DNA of 64,000 nucleotides from an uncultured Methanosarcinales archaeon (GTDB lineage: Archaea > Nanobdellota > Nanobdellia > Woesearchaeales > GW2011-AR4). The translations under genes and the position numbers were made by a program. The notes beneath the pieces are model-generated. The model made no database searches. It saw only the letters and a program-made list of their open reading frames with translations, and was not told the origin of the DNA. The stretch spans positions 8,079 through 72,078 of the forward strand of contig CAYNCK010000024.1 in NCBI GenBank assembly GCA_964396095.1, read 5' to 3'. Positions within the stretch are counted from its first letter, which is position 1. Every line of letters begins with the position of its first letter. Below are positions 45,946 to 55,315 of the stretch, in pieces.

Positions 45946-46947
45946 ATGATGAACATACTTATAATCAAGCTTGGAGCAATAGGCGATGTAATTAGGACAA
46001 CTTCCATACTTCCAGGCCTTAAATCAAAATTCAAAAACTGCAAAATTGACTGGGTCACAAAAAAAGAGTCGTTTGATATTTTAAAGAACAATAAGCTGAT
46101 TAATGAAATGTGCCTTATTGATGATGTAAATAAATTGAATAAAAAATATGATTTGGTTATTGGCCTTGACGACGAAGATTCTGCTTGCGAATTGATATCA
46201 AAAATAAAATCAAAAAAAATAATCGGCGCTTATTTTGATGAAAATAATAAAACCTATACAAGTGATTCTTCTGAATGGTTTGACATGGGCTTGATATCCA
46301 GGTTCGGAAAGCAAAAAGCGGATGAATTGAAGGCTAAAAATCAGAAAACCTATCAGTCAATAATGTATAGGATTCTTGGCTTGGAATACAAAAAGCAGGA
46401 GCCAATCCTGAATTTGGATAAAAAATCACTGGATTTTGCTGAAAAATTTGCATCGAAAAACAAAATCAAAAAATCCAGTTTGGTTGTAGGAATAAATACT
46501 GGCGCAGGAGGGAGATGGCATGACAAGAAATTAAGCGAAAAGGCAGCTGCAGAACTGATTGACAAGCTGAATAATTTAAAAAATGTGAAAATAATCCTTT
46601 TCGGAGGTCCTGAAGAAGAAGAGAGAAATAAAAAAATAAAAAAACTTGTCAAAACAGAGATCATAGATGCCGGCTGCAATAATTCTCTCATGGAATTCTC
46701 TTCTTTGGTTAACTTATGCAATGTTATTGTCACAAGCGACAGCCTTGCATTGCATGTCGGTGTTGCCTTGAAAAAGAAAATTGTCTGTTATTTTTATCCT
46801 ACTTCCGCAAGCGAGATTGAATTGTACAGAAGAGGAACAAAAATAATATGGGAAGGAAAATCCTATTGCTCTTACCAGCCCAAATGCGACTTTCCTCCGA
46901 AAATAGAAATTGGGAAAATTATAGGCGCAGTTAATTCTTTAATTTAA
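45946..46947 (+). CDS. Glycosyltransferase family 9 (heptosyltransferase-like)
   Basis: The N-terminal NILIIKLGAIGDVIRTTSILPGLK signature, GINTGAGGRW and VTSDSLALHVGVAL. Confidence 0.8.
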   Translation: MMNILIIKLGAIGDVIRTTSILPGLKSKFKNCKIDWVTKKESFDILKNNKLINEMCLIDDVNKLNKKYDLVIGLDDEDSACELISKIKSKKIIGAYFDENNKTYTSDSSEWFDMGLISRFGKQKADELKAKNQKTYQSIMYRILGLEYKKQEPILNLDKKSLDFAEKFASKNKIKKSSLVVGINTGAGGRWHDKKLSEKAAAELIDKLNNLKNVKIILFGGPEEEERNKKIKKLVKTEIIDAGCNNSLMEFSSLVNLCNVIVTSDSLALHVGVALKKKIVCYFYPTSASEIELYRRGTKIIWEGKSYCSYQPKCDFPPKIEIGKIIGAVNSLI

Positions 46948-47958
46948 AAAATTTCAGGTAGCCAAAAATTCCAGTAGCCAATAAAATTATTGCGCCAATA
47001 TACATACCGGAAGGTAATTGTTTTGTATTTATGTCCTGAACTGCCATGCCGGTTATCTGGCTTTTTTTGCTTTGGTTTTCAGATTCTTGTTTGACAGAAT
47101 TCACTTTTGTTTCTTTTAATTGTTCATTATTTTTATTTTCAATATTCTGTGTAATTTCACATTTTTGTGAAGTAGATGGCGATTTGCTTGCATCAGGACA
47201 TTTTGCGTCCTGTGAATGCTGGGGAACTTTAACAAAGCTGCAGTCACGTGACTGAATTCCATTGGAGCATGCTGTCCAGTCTCCGCATTTCCACCCACAA
47301 TTACATATCCGCCATCAGATGTTTGTATAGAAGAAGAAGCAGATATCCTAGTAGAGCTGGAAATAGTTTTATTCCATTGAAAATTTCCATCAGAGTCTAT
47401 TTTATAAATATCAATATCGATATTTTGTGTACTTCCGTCTATATTACTTACAACAAAATACCCATCAGAGGTTTGCTTCACACCAGCTGTCGCTGAATTG
47501 AAACTGCCACTGACGAGAAGGGAGGTATTCCAAATTCTATTACCATCAGAATCTATTTTGAGCAGTTTTATACTACCCTGCCAGGAACCTATGTCTGTGA
47601 GACCATTTACAGATATTATATATCCGCCATCAGATGTCTGCTCAATTGAGGGAGTGCTTTCAACAATAGAAAAATTAAATGTGTTATTCCAAATTTTATT
47701 TCCATTAGAATCGGTTTTTATTAATCGTAAATCCGTTTCATGGGAACCTGTAGCTGGTTCAGTTGTAGTATAATTTGACCCCAAAATTCCAGCTATTATA
47801 TAACCTCCATCATTTGTTTGCTTAACTGATTGGCCGGAATCATTTCCCAAACCCCCATAAGTTCTGTTCCACTCAATTACTGCAGGAACTTGTGCAGAAA
47901 CAATACTACAATAAATTACAAAAAATAATATTAATAAGATTACAGGCTTAATAGCCAT
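46931..47958 (-). pseudogene. Secreted repeat (beta-propeller-like) surface protein with Cys-rich module and C-terminal TM anchor, split by a 1-nt frameshift
   Basis: ORF 47116-47958 has a signal peptide and about five repeats of the form QTSDGGYII...L.K.DSDGN..WN.T. After ...YVIVGG its tail becomes nonsense. The -1 frame is open from 47314 to 46934. It reads KCGDWTACSNGIQSRDC...linker...MYIGAIILLATGIFGYLKFFKLKN. Adding one A to the run at 47288-47290 fuses the two frames. Confidence 0.6.
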
Positions 47959-48048
47959 TGATTAACCCCCCAATCGTTAAAAAAGAGCATTCTATTTAAA
48001 TATTGCCATGAATTATCTTTATAAATAGCCTATCTATACTAATACACA

Positions 48049-48765
48049 ATGAAAACCTATGTAATGATTCCAACCTATAACGAAAGAGAAAACATCAGGA
48101 ATCTGATAGGTGAAATCCTGAAACTGAAAATTAAGGACCTGCATATTGTTGTTGTTGACGACAATTCACCTGACGGAACATGGAAAGCTGTTGAGGATAT
48201 TTCAAGGAAAAACAGGAATGTTAATCTTTTGCTTAGAAAATACAACAAGGGAAGGGGCTCTGCAGGAAAAGACGGCTTCATCTACTGCCTTGAGCATAAT
48301 GCCGATGTTGTCATAGAAATGGACGCGGATTTTTCGCATGACCCAAGATATATCCCTTCAATGATTAAGGAATTAAAAAATGCAGACCTTGTTCTTGGCT
48401 CAAGAAGAGTTTCAGGCGCTAAAGAAATTGGAAGGGGATTATTTAGGAGATTTGTAACTTCAGGCGCAAATTTTTACACAAAAACAATGCTCGGAATTAA
48501 AGTCAGGGACTGCAATTCCGGATTTCGGTGCTTCAAAAGAGAAGTTCTTGAGGGAATTGATATTCATTCACTCGAGTCAAAAGGCCCTGCAATCGTGCAG
48601 GAAGTTCTTTTCAAGGCTCATCTCAAGGGATTTAAAATCAAGGAAATGCCGATAACATTCATAAACAGGACAAAGGGCCATTCAAAGCTCGGCATTCCGC
48701 AATTGGCGCAGGGTTATTTTATGGTGATGAAGCTGAAAGCAAAAAATGTTTTAGGATTGATATAA
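48049..48765 (+). CDS. GT2 polyprenyl-phosphate mannose synthase-like glycosyltransferase (DPM1/Ppm1-like)
   Basis: VMIPTYNERENI, VVDDNSPDGT, EMDADFSHDP, VLGSRR and CNSGFRCF. Confidence 0.85.
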   Translation: MKTYVMIPTYNERENIRNLIGEILKLKIKDLHIVVVDDNSPDGTWKAVEDISRKNRNVNLLLRKYNKGRGSAGKDGFIYCLEHNADVVIEMDADFSHDPRYIPSMIKELKNADLVLGSRRVSGAKEIGRGLFRRFVTSGANFYTKTMLGIKVRDCNSGFRCFKREVLEGIDIHSLESKGPAIVQEVLFKAHLKGFKIKEMPITFINRTKGHSKLGIPQLAQGYFMVMKLKAKNVLGLI

Positions 48766-48894
48766 ATAATTTTTACTAAATTATTGTTTAAATTAAAAGT
48801 AATGCGTCGAGAAATAAAGTTAAACATGAATTGCAAAAGATTGTTGGCATTATCTAAAACATAACTAAAACCAGCATTGAAATAAAAACCAAAA

Positions 48895-49905
48895 ATGAAA
48901 ATAGCGATTTTAACCCCGACATTTTCTTATTATAGCGGGATTGACAGGGTTGCAGAAATGCAGGCAATAGAATATTCAAAAAAAGGCAATCAAGTTACAG
49001 TTTTCACCCTGGAAGCAAACCTTAAGCCCAAGGGTTACGTGCTTGAAGTGCTTGGAATGCCAAAAACGCCTTTTCTTCAGAGGCTGTACAGGCTGTTTTT
49101 CTTTATAGATGTTAATAAAATAAAAAATACAGCAATTAAACTGAAAGATTGTGACTTGATAATCTCGCATTTTTATCCTATGAACTGGATTGCAAACTGC
49201 GCAAGCAAAAAATACAATGTTAAATATATTTACTACAACCACGGCATCGGTTACAGTAATTTGTTCGGGAATATTTTTGAGAAATTTTACATGAAATTAT
49301 TTGGCTTCTTAAACAAATTGTCTTTGAAGAATGCAAGCTCTGCAATTTCAATAAGCAAGTTCATGCAAGCCGAGCTGAAAAGAGAAACAGGAATCAGCAG
49401 CAGGGTTGTCTACGATAAAATTGACACCAGCAGATTCAAGAAAGGAATTGACAGAAGCAGGATAAGGAAAAAATTCAGCATTAAAGGCAATGAAAAACTA
49501 CTGCTATTTGTCGGAAGAATTTCTCCGCATAAGAACATACATACTTTGATTGAAATATTCAATATTGTGAATGAAAAACTTCCTAATGCAAAATTGCTGG
49601 TTGTGGGAAAGCCAGCTTTTCCTTCGTATTATGAAAAATTAAAAAATATGGCGAACAGGAATGTCATTTTTGTGGAATTTGTGGACGACAATGACCTGCC
49701 ATATTATTATGCTGCATGCGATTTATATGGTACGGCATCATTATGGGAGGGATTTAACCTGCCGATTGCAGAGGCCCAGGCCTGCGGCAAAAGAGTTGTT
49801 GCTTTTGACGTCTGCTCGCATCCTGAGGTTGTGAAGGGAGGCATATTGGTAAAAAAAGATGACAAGCGGGCATTTGCAAGTGCAATTATAAATATATTAA
49901 AATGA
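48895..49905 (+). CDS. Glycosyltransferase family 4 (GT-B)
   Basis: LLFVGRISPHKN, LVVGKP and ASLWEGFNLPIAEAQACGKRVVAFD. Confidence 0.85.
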   Translation: MKIAILTPTFSYYSGIDRVAEMQAIEYSKKGNQVTVFTLEANLKPKGYVLEVLGMPKTPFLQRLYRLFFFIDVNKIKNTAIKLKDCDLIISHFYPMNWIANCASKKYNVKYIYYNHGIGYSNLFGNIFEKFYMKLFGFLNKLSLKNASSAISISKFMQAELKRETGISSRVVYDKIDTSRFKKGIDRSRIRKKFSIKGNEKLLLFVGRISPHKNIHTLIEIFNIVNEKLPNAKLLVVGKPAFPSYYEKLKNMANRNVIFVEFVDDNDLPYYYAACDLYGTASLWEGFNLPIAEAQACGKRVVAFDVCSHPEVVKGGILVKKDDKRAFASAIINILK

Positions 49906-51401
49906 AAAAATTCAGCGAGCTGGATAAATGCAAGAAGCATTCGATTATTGTAATTGTAATGTTCTCTTTAATTGTATTATCCTTAACTTCTGCCTATCAC
50001 GTTTCAGGTGATGGGTGCTGGCACATCCCTGCTGCAAGGTTCATTGCTGAAAACAAAAAATTCCCGCTGTTCGAGCCTCTTGGAAGGGACGAGCCATTCT
50101 GGAGCCCTCCATTGTATCATATTTTTGCCGCAGCTGTTTACGGAATTTTCAACAGCATCAGCCATAATGCAGCGGATTTTGCAGTAAAATTTGTTTCACC
50201 TGTTTTTGGTATAATGTCATTAATATTATCTTTTTTAATAATTAATAAATTATTTAAATCCAAAATTGCATTTTACTCAGCAATTTTCCTTGCATTTGTT
50301 CCAATATTCATAGACTACGGCATTTTGAGCTATGTGGAAAGCACGCTCACCTTTTTTGTTTTGCTGAGCATTTATTTCCTTTTAGAAGACAAGGTTGTTT
50401 TGTCAGGAATTGCAGCAGGGTTGTCAGTTCTTGCAAAATACAACGGATTATTCATCCTTCCACTTCTGATTTACCTGATTTATAAGAAATCAGATAATAA
50501 AAAAATATTCTATAAAAAATCCATTACACTTCTATTTATTGCAATTGCCGTTTCATCCCCCTGGCTAATAAGGAACTGGATTTTGCTTGGAAATCCAATC
50601 TGGCCGTTCCTTAACTTCGTATTCCACGGCTTTGCGCCAAAATCATATTCAGCGGCAAATTTTTCATATATTCTGCATCCAAACACAATAATATTTACCT
50701 ATCTTGGAGTTTTTGGAGTCCCAGACGGGAATTACCATTCAATTTCATATTTTAACCTGCCTTACATGAATATTTTGCTGATTGTATGGCTGGCAGGAAC
50801 GCTTATTTTTTTCACGCCATTGATTTTAGGAATTTTCAGAATTATAAATGACAGAAAAAATAAAATAAGAAAAATTCTATCCATGTGGATTATTCCATTT
50901 ATATTGCTCTTCTTGCTTTATATCATTAATGTAGGCTGGTCAGTTTCAAGAATAATTCTTCCTGCATTTCCTGCAATAGCCGTTTTCTGGGCAGTCGGAT
51001 TTAAAAAATTTGCATCCATTTCAAAATCAAAATTAATTCTGGTTTTGTTTATTTTGGTTATTGCCGGGCTGGTTTCGTCAGAAATAATAAAATTTAGTTT
51101 TGCTGCACATGAATGGGATAAGTACGAACTAGATTTTAATTGGGTTAAATCAAATACCAATTCAGGTTCTATTTTCATCGCAAACGGCCAGTGCGTCCCT
51201 TATAACATAGAAAGAACATCGTTATATGCAACTGATGAAAATATTAAAGAAGCAGATTACATCTGGGTTAACCAGAACTTCAATCTTGACAAGGTGTCAA
51301 TTTACGACGATAAAGCATTAAGCTTCATCAAGTCCCAGAATTATAAAATTGAATACAGAAACAAAAATACAGGAACTATAATTTATTCAACTAAACAATG
51401 A
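49902..51401 (+). CDS. GT-C fold membrane glycosyltransferase (GT39/83-like)
   Basis: ATGA-coupled to the GT4 gene. About 12 helices. First-loop motif GRDEPFWSPPLYH. Short C-terminal soluble domain. Confidence 0.75.
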   Translation: MKKFSELDKCKKHSIIVIVMFSLIVLSLTSAYHVSGDGCWHIPAARFIAENKKFPLFEPLGRDEPFWSPPLYHIFAAAVYGIFNSISHNAADFAVKFVSPVFGIMSLILSFLIINKLFKSKIAFYSAIFLAFVPIFIDYGILSYVESTLTFFVLLSIYFLLEDKVVLSGIAAGLSVLAKYNGLFILPLLIYLIYKKSDNKKIFYKKSITLLFIAIAVSSPWLIRNWILLGNPIWPFLNFVFHGFAPKSYSAANFSYILHPNTIIFTYLGVFGVPDGNYHSISYFNLPYMNILLIVWLAGTLIFFTPLILGIFRIINDRKNKIRKILSMWIIPFILLFLLYIINVGWSVSRIILPAFPAIAVFWAVGFKKFASISKSKLILVLFILVIAGLVSSEIIKFSFAAHEWDKYELDFNWVKSNTNSGSIFIANGQCVPYNIERTSLYATDENIKEADYIWVNQNFNLDKVSIYDDKALSFIKSQNYKIEYRNKNTGTIIYSTKQ

Positions 51402-52350
51402 ATTTTGGCCTGAAAAGGTATTTCTCGGAAAAAATATTCAATATATAATAATCATCAGCTTTTCTCAGCTTTTGGGCGTGTTTTCTCTTTTTCAATATAA
51501 AATTGAAATTAAAAATTACAAATAAAATTGCCTTTATCCTGGCAAATGCCAAATCAAGCCTTAAGGTAATAAGATCCTTTACGACTGCAATAAACCTTAA
51601 AAGCAAGACATAAGGCAGATACATAAGAATATTCTTCCATGATAAAACCTTGAAAAATGTAGTGAGCAGGTTCCTTTCCATCAGGTAAGCGGAAAATGAT
51701 TTGCTTGATTTCTGCATTGTAACAGCATGCATATGGTGCAACACAGCATCAGGGGCAAAAACGACCTTTTTTGCAAGGAGCCTTATCCTTAATCCCAGGT
51801 CAACATCCTCTGCATAAATAAAATAGTCCGGGTCGAACAAATAGCCAAATTTTTCAACAAAATCCTTTCTTACCAATCCAACTCCAAGGTATGGAATCTC
51901 TTTTATTTCATTATTTTTATTTCCTTTTATGTGCCCGTTGTAAAATGCCCGTGAAATCCATGTTCCTCCTGATTCCAGCTTTTTATGGTAAAAATTTACA
52001 AGCTTCGGCGCAGCCATTGCAATATTTTTTGCATTAATCGCCTTTACAAGATTTTCAATGCAGTTCTTGTCAATCTCCATGTCGTTGTTGAGAAATAAAA
52101 TATACTCGCCTTTGCAGAACTTCAATGCAGAATTTATCCCCGAATATCCGAGGTTTTTTTTATTTTGGACCAATCTAACATTTCTGAAATTTTTTTTCAG
52201 AAATTCCTGGCTTCCATCACTTGAGTTATTGTCTACAATTATTATCTCAAAATTCTTATAATTTGACTTTTCAAGCGAAGAAATAATTCTTTTTAGGAGG
52301 TTTTTCCCGTTGTAATTCACTATTAATGCTGAAACAAGCCCTTTTTTCAT
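51391..52350 (-). CDS. Glycosyltransferase family 2 (non-DPM1 subtype)
   Basis: VSALIVNYNGKNLL, IIVDNNSSDGS and LFLNNDMEI, with a C-terminal hydrophobic segment. Confidence 0.8.
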   Translation of the reverse strand: MKKGLVSALIVNYNGKNLLKRIISSLEKSNYKNFEIIIVDNNSSDGSQEFLKKNFRNVRLVQNKKNLGYSGINSALKFCKGEYILFLNNDMEIDKNCIENLVKAINAKNIAMAAPKLVNFYHKKLESGGTWISRAFYNGHIKGNKNNEIKEIPYLGVGLVRKDFVEKFGYLFDPDYFIYAEDVDLGLRIRLLAKKVVFAPDAVLHHMHAVTMQKSSKSFSAYLMERNLLTTFFKVLSWKNILMYLPYVLLLRFIAVVKDLITLRLDLAFARIKAILFVIFNFNFILKKRKHAQKLRKADDYYILNIFSEKYLFRPKFIV

Positions 52351-52880
52351 TTCTTGGCAACCTTCATAGTGAAGTCTATTTTTAATATAATCTCGCCAAG
52401 AAGGTAGCTTACCAAATGCCTCAGGTCAATCACATTTGGAAACAATGACTTTGGAACAGGCAACGGCGGAATAATCCATCCTATTTTTGACGGAATCAAT
52501 TTTATTTTTCCCATAATGAACCCGGGATATGAGTCATAGCTCCTCTTTTTTTCTGTGAAAAATTTCATCCCGTCAATATTGAAGAAATAATTATGATTTG
52601 GATAAAAAGCTCCTGAAGAATGCCAGTAAGGCACGATAATCCTGACAATTGCATTGTTTTTGCAAATCCTTCTGATTTCCTGCATTGCACTGAACAAATC
52701 ATTAACATGCTCAATTACATCCTGCCCGTACACTTCATCAAAATAACTGCTTGGGAAAGGCCACGGGTACTTGTCAAGGTCGTGAACAACATCAACTCCC
52801 TTATGTCTTGACTTGTCCAGATTAACATAGCCTTTTCTAATGTCCATTCCGCATCCGAGATTTAGTTTTCTTGGCTTCAT
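52347..52880 (-). CDS. Class I SAM-dependent methyltransferase
   Basis: LNLGCGMDIRKGYVNLD and FDEVYGQDVIEHV. 4-nt overlaps with both neighbours. Confidence 0.7.
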   Translation of the reverse strand: MKPRKLNLGCGMDIRKGYVNLDKSRHKGVDVVHDLDKYPWPFPSSYFDEVYGQDVIEHVNDLFSAMQEIRRICKNNAIVRIIVPYWHSSGAFYPNHNYFFNIDGMKFFTEKKRSYDSYPGFIMGKIKLIPSKIGWIIPPLPVPKSLFPNVIDLRHLVSYLLGEIILKIDFTMKVAKK

Positions 52881-53593
52881 TCTATCTTATATTTTTTCCA
52901 TCTTTTTGTTGAAAGGCTCATGTCAACCGTCAACATGGGCCCTTTGTATTCCTGCAAAGTCATCTTACCCACATTTTTTGAGCCTGCAAGCACAGCCAAT
53001 TCATGCATGCTCATTCTTTTGCTGCCTACAATATGCACTATGCCCTTTATTTTCTTCTTGCATACATCCAAAATTCCATCTGCAACATTGTCGCTGAACA
53101 GATAAGTGCCAAACCTGTCAACAAATGCTTTAGGGTATTTCCACTGCCCTTTTGGCACAAAATTAGTTCTTATGATGCATGTGTTTTCATATTGCCTTGA
53201 AACAATCTCTCCGCATAATTTTGTGATTGAATAGTAATTTTTAGGTGAAGGAGCATCGTCTTCTGTGTAATATTTTTCTTTTTCACCTGAAAAAACACAT
53301 GCGGTTGACATGTAAATCAGATAGCAGTTGTTGTTCAGCTTTTTTAAGGCATTCACGATATTTTGAGTGCCTTCGGCATTTGTGAGCCATGCCTTTTCCT
53401 TATTTTCTTCGCATTCCCTTATTCCAACCAATGCAGCAGTATGTATCAGGATTTCAGGCTCGTACTTCAATATAATCTTATTCACAGAATCAGTAATATC
53501 CATTTCTTTATGAATTGGGAAATATGCATCTTTGAAAACTTTTTTCAATGATTTCCCTAATGCACCGCTTCCGCCAGTTACAAGCACTTTCAT
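52877..53593 (-). CDS. RmlD-like sugar-nucleotide reductase/epimerase (SDR)
   Basis: MKVLVTGGSGALGKSL, IHTAAL and YSITKLCGE (YxxxK); 238 aa. Confidence 0.7.
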   Translation of the reverse strand: MKVLVTGGSGALGKSLKKVFKDAYFPIHKEMDITDSVNKIILKYEPEILIHTAALVGIRECEENKEKAWLTNAEGTQNIVNALKKLNNNCYLIYMSTACVFSGEKEKYYTEDDAPSPKNYYSITKLCGEIVSRQYENTCIIRTNFVPKGQWKYPKAFVDRFGTYLFSDNVADGILDVCKKKIKGIVHIVGSKRMSMHELAVLAGSKNVGKMTLQEYKGPMLTVDMSLSTKRWKKYKIE

Positions 53594-53713
53594 AAAGCAT
53601 AAAGTACAATATTGCCCTTTTTAAAGCTTGTTGGAAATAGGGCGTTACACTAAAGTCATCAAAATATCAAAACAAAAACCTTTAAATAGGCATTACTTCC
53701 CTTTATTTCATAA

Positions 53714-55258
53714 ATGAATGAGGGAAAAGAACAGCTGGATTTCGTATTTATTTCTACAGCTTCTGATATACAGTGTTACAGCATCAGGAGAGTGTCTGCG
53801 TATTTGAAAAAGCACGGGTTCAAAACTAAAATGGTATTTTTGCCGCAGCCTTTTTCCAAGCGGTATTCCGATCAAGTGCTTGAGCAAGTTGTGGACATAT
53901 CAAAGGATGCAAAACTAATTGGCATCTCTCTTATGAGCAACTACTGGCACAATGCGGTTCAGCTGATTAAATCTCTCAGGAGCAAATCCGATTCTTTAAT
54001 CATAGGCGGGGGCCCTCACCCAAGCACAAATCCCGACCAATGCCTGGAGGAAGTCGATATGATATGTGTTGGGGAAGGGGATGACACTTTGCTTGAGCTT
54101 ATGAAGAGGATTAAAGCCGGCATTACAGACTACTCAGGAATACCCAACCTGCAGTATAAGCAGAACGGCCAGATTATAAAAAATACGCAGGAGCTTTTTG
54201 AAAAATCAGACGAAATTCCGATTCCTGATTATGACCTTGAAGATCATTTTGTTCTTTTTGAAAACAAGATACAGCCAATGACTTACGACTTGTTCAGGTG
54301 TTTTCACGGCCACGATTACATGACGATTTTTGCTTTTGGCTGCCCTTATACATGCAGCTACTGCATTCATAATATATACAATAAAAGGTTTAAGTTTAGG
54401 TTCAGGAAGAGGCCGGTTAAAAATGTGATTGAAGAGCTTAAGTATGTCAAGCAAAAATTCCCTTTCATCAACAGGCTAAGGATTGAAGATGACACTTTCT
54501 TCTTTTACAGCAAGGAGGAAATGGAATATTTCAGGGATGAGTTCAAGAAATATATCAATATTCCGATTTATGTCTGCGGCGGCCAGCCAATGGTGATTAA
54601 AGAGGAATTGATGAAGCCGATGGTTGAGGCAGGCATGAACAGGATAAGGATGGGCATAGAGACTGGTGCAGAAAGAATACAAGCCATGTACCAAAGAGTC
54701 ATATCAAACAAGAAAATACTTGAAGCCTGTAAAGTAATAAACAAATTCAAGGAAGTAACAGTGACATACGATTTTATAACAGATAATCCTTGGGAGACGG
54801 AAGAGGAAACTTTGCATACACTTAAGTTTATTCTTGAGATTCCGCATCCTTACAGCTTAAGCGTTTTTTCACTTACATTTTACCCAAACACGGACATACA
54901 CCTTCAGGCTATTGCCGATGGCATAGTGAAGAAAGATGAGGATACCCTTGCAAAGCATTATTGGGGTGTCAAGAATAATTACCTGAATCTGATGTACTAT
55001 CTTTGTGATGTCAGGTGGATTCCAACAAGATTCAAGGCATTTTTGCTGAACGACAATGTGAGGAATTCCAAATTCAAGCCCATCATTATGGCTTTCCTAA
55101 GATTAAACAGGATTGTGAAGAACAGGAGCTCCTTGTTCAAGTACTTATGGAGTTATGTTACGGAATTGGATTACACAAGAATTAAATTCTCCATAAAAAA
55201 ATATTATAATGACTACAAGTACTATTATTCATTAAAAAGCAATGTGCTTGGAAACTAG
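53714..55258 (+). CDS. B12-binding-domain radical SAM protein, paralog 5
   Basis: N-terminal Rossmann-like region (LIIGGGPHPS ... ICVGEGD), FAFGCPYTCSYCIHN and GIETG. Confidence 0.8.
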   Translation: MNEGKEQLDFVFISTASDIQCYSIRRVSAYLKKHGFKTKMVFLPQPFSKRYSDQVLEQVVDISKDAKLIGISLMSNYWHNAVQLIKSLRSKSDSLIIGGGPHPSTNPDQCLEEVDMICVGEGDDTLLELMKRIKAGITDYSGIPNLQYKQNGQIIKNTQELFEKSDEIPIPDYDLEDHFVLFENKIQPMTYDLFRCFHGHDYMTIFAFGCPYTCSYCIHNIYNKRFKFRFRKRPVKNVIEELKYVKQKFPFINRLRIEDDTFFFYSKEEMEYFRDEFKKYINIPIYVCGGQPMVIKEELMKPMVEAGMNRIRMGIETGAERIQAMYQRVISNKKILEACKVINKFKEVTVTYDFITDNPWETEEETLHTLKFILEIPHPYSLSVFSLTFYPNTDIHLQAIADGIVKKDEDTLAKHYWGVKNNYLNLMYYLCDVRWIPTRFKAFLLNDNVRNSKFKPIIMAFLRLNRIVKNRSSLFKYLWSYVTELDYTRIKFSIKKYYNDYKYYYSLKSNVLGN

Positions 55259-55315
55259 TCGATAATTCTGCTTTTGTAGGAAAAATTTATAAAACAATCC
55301 CTGTTGGTTTTTAGG

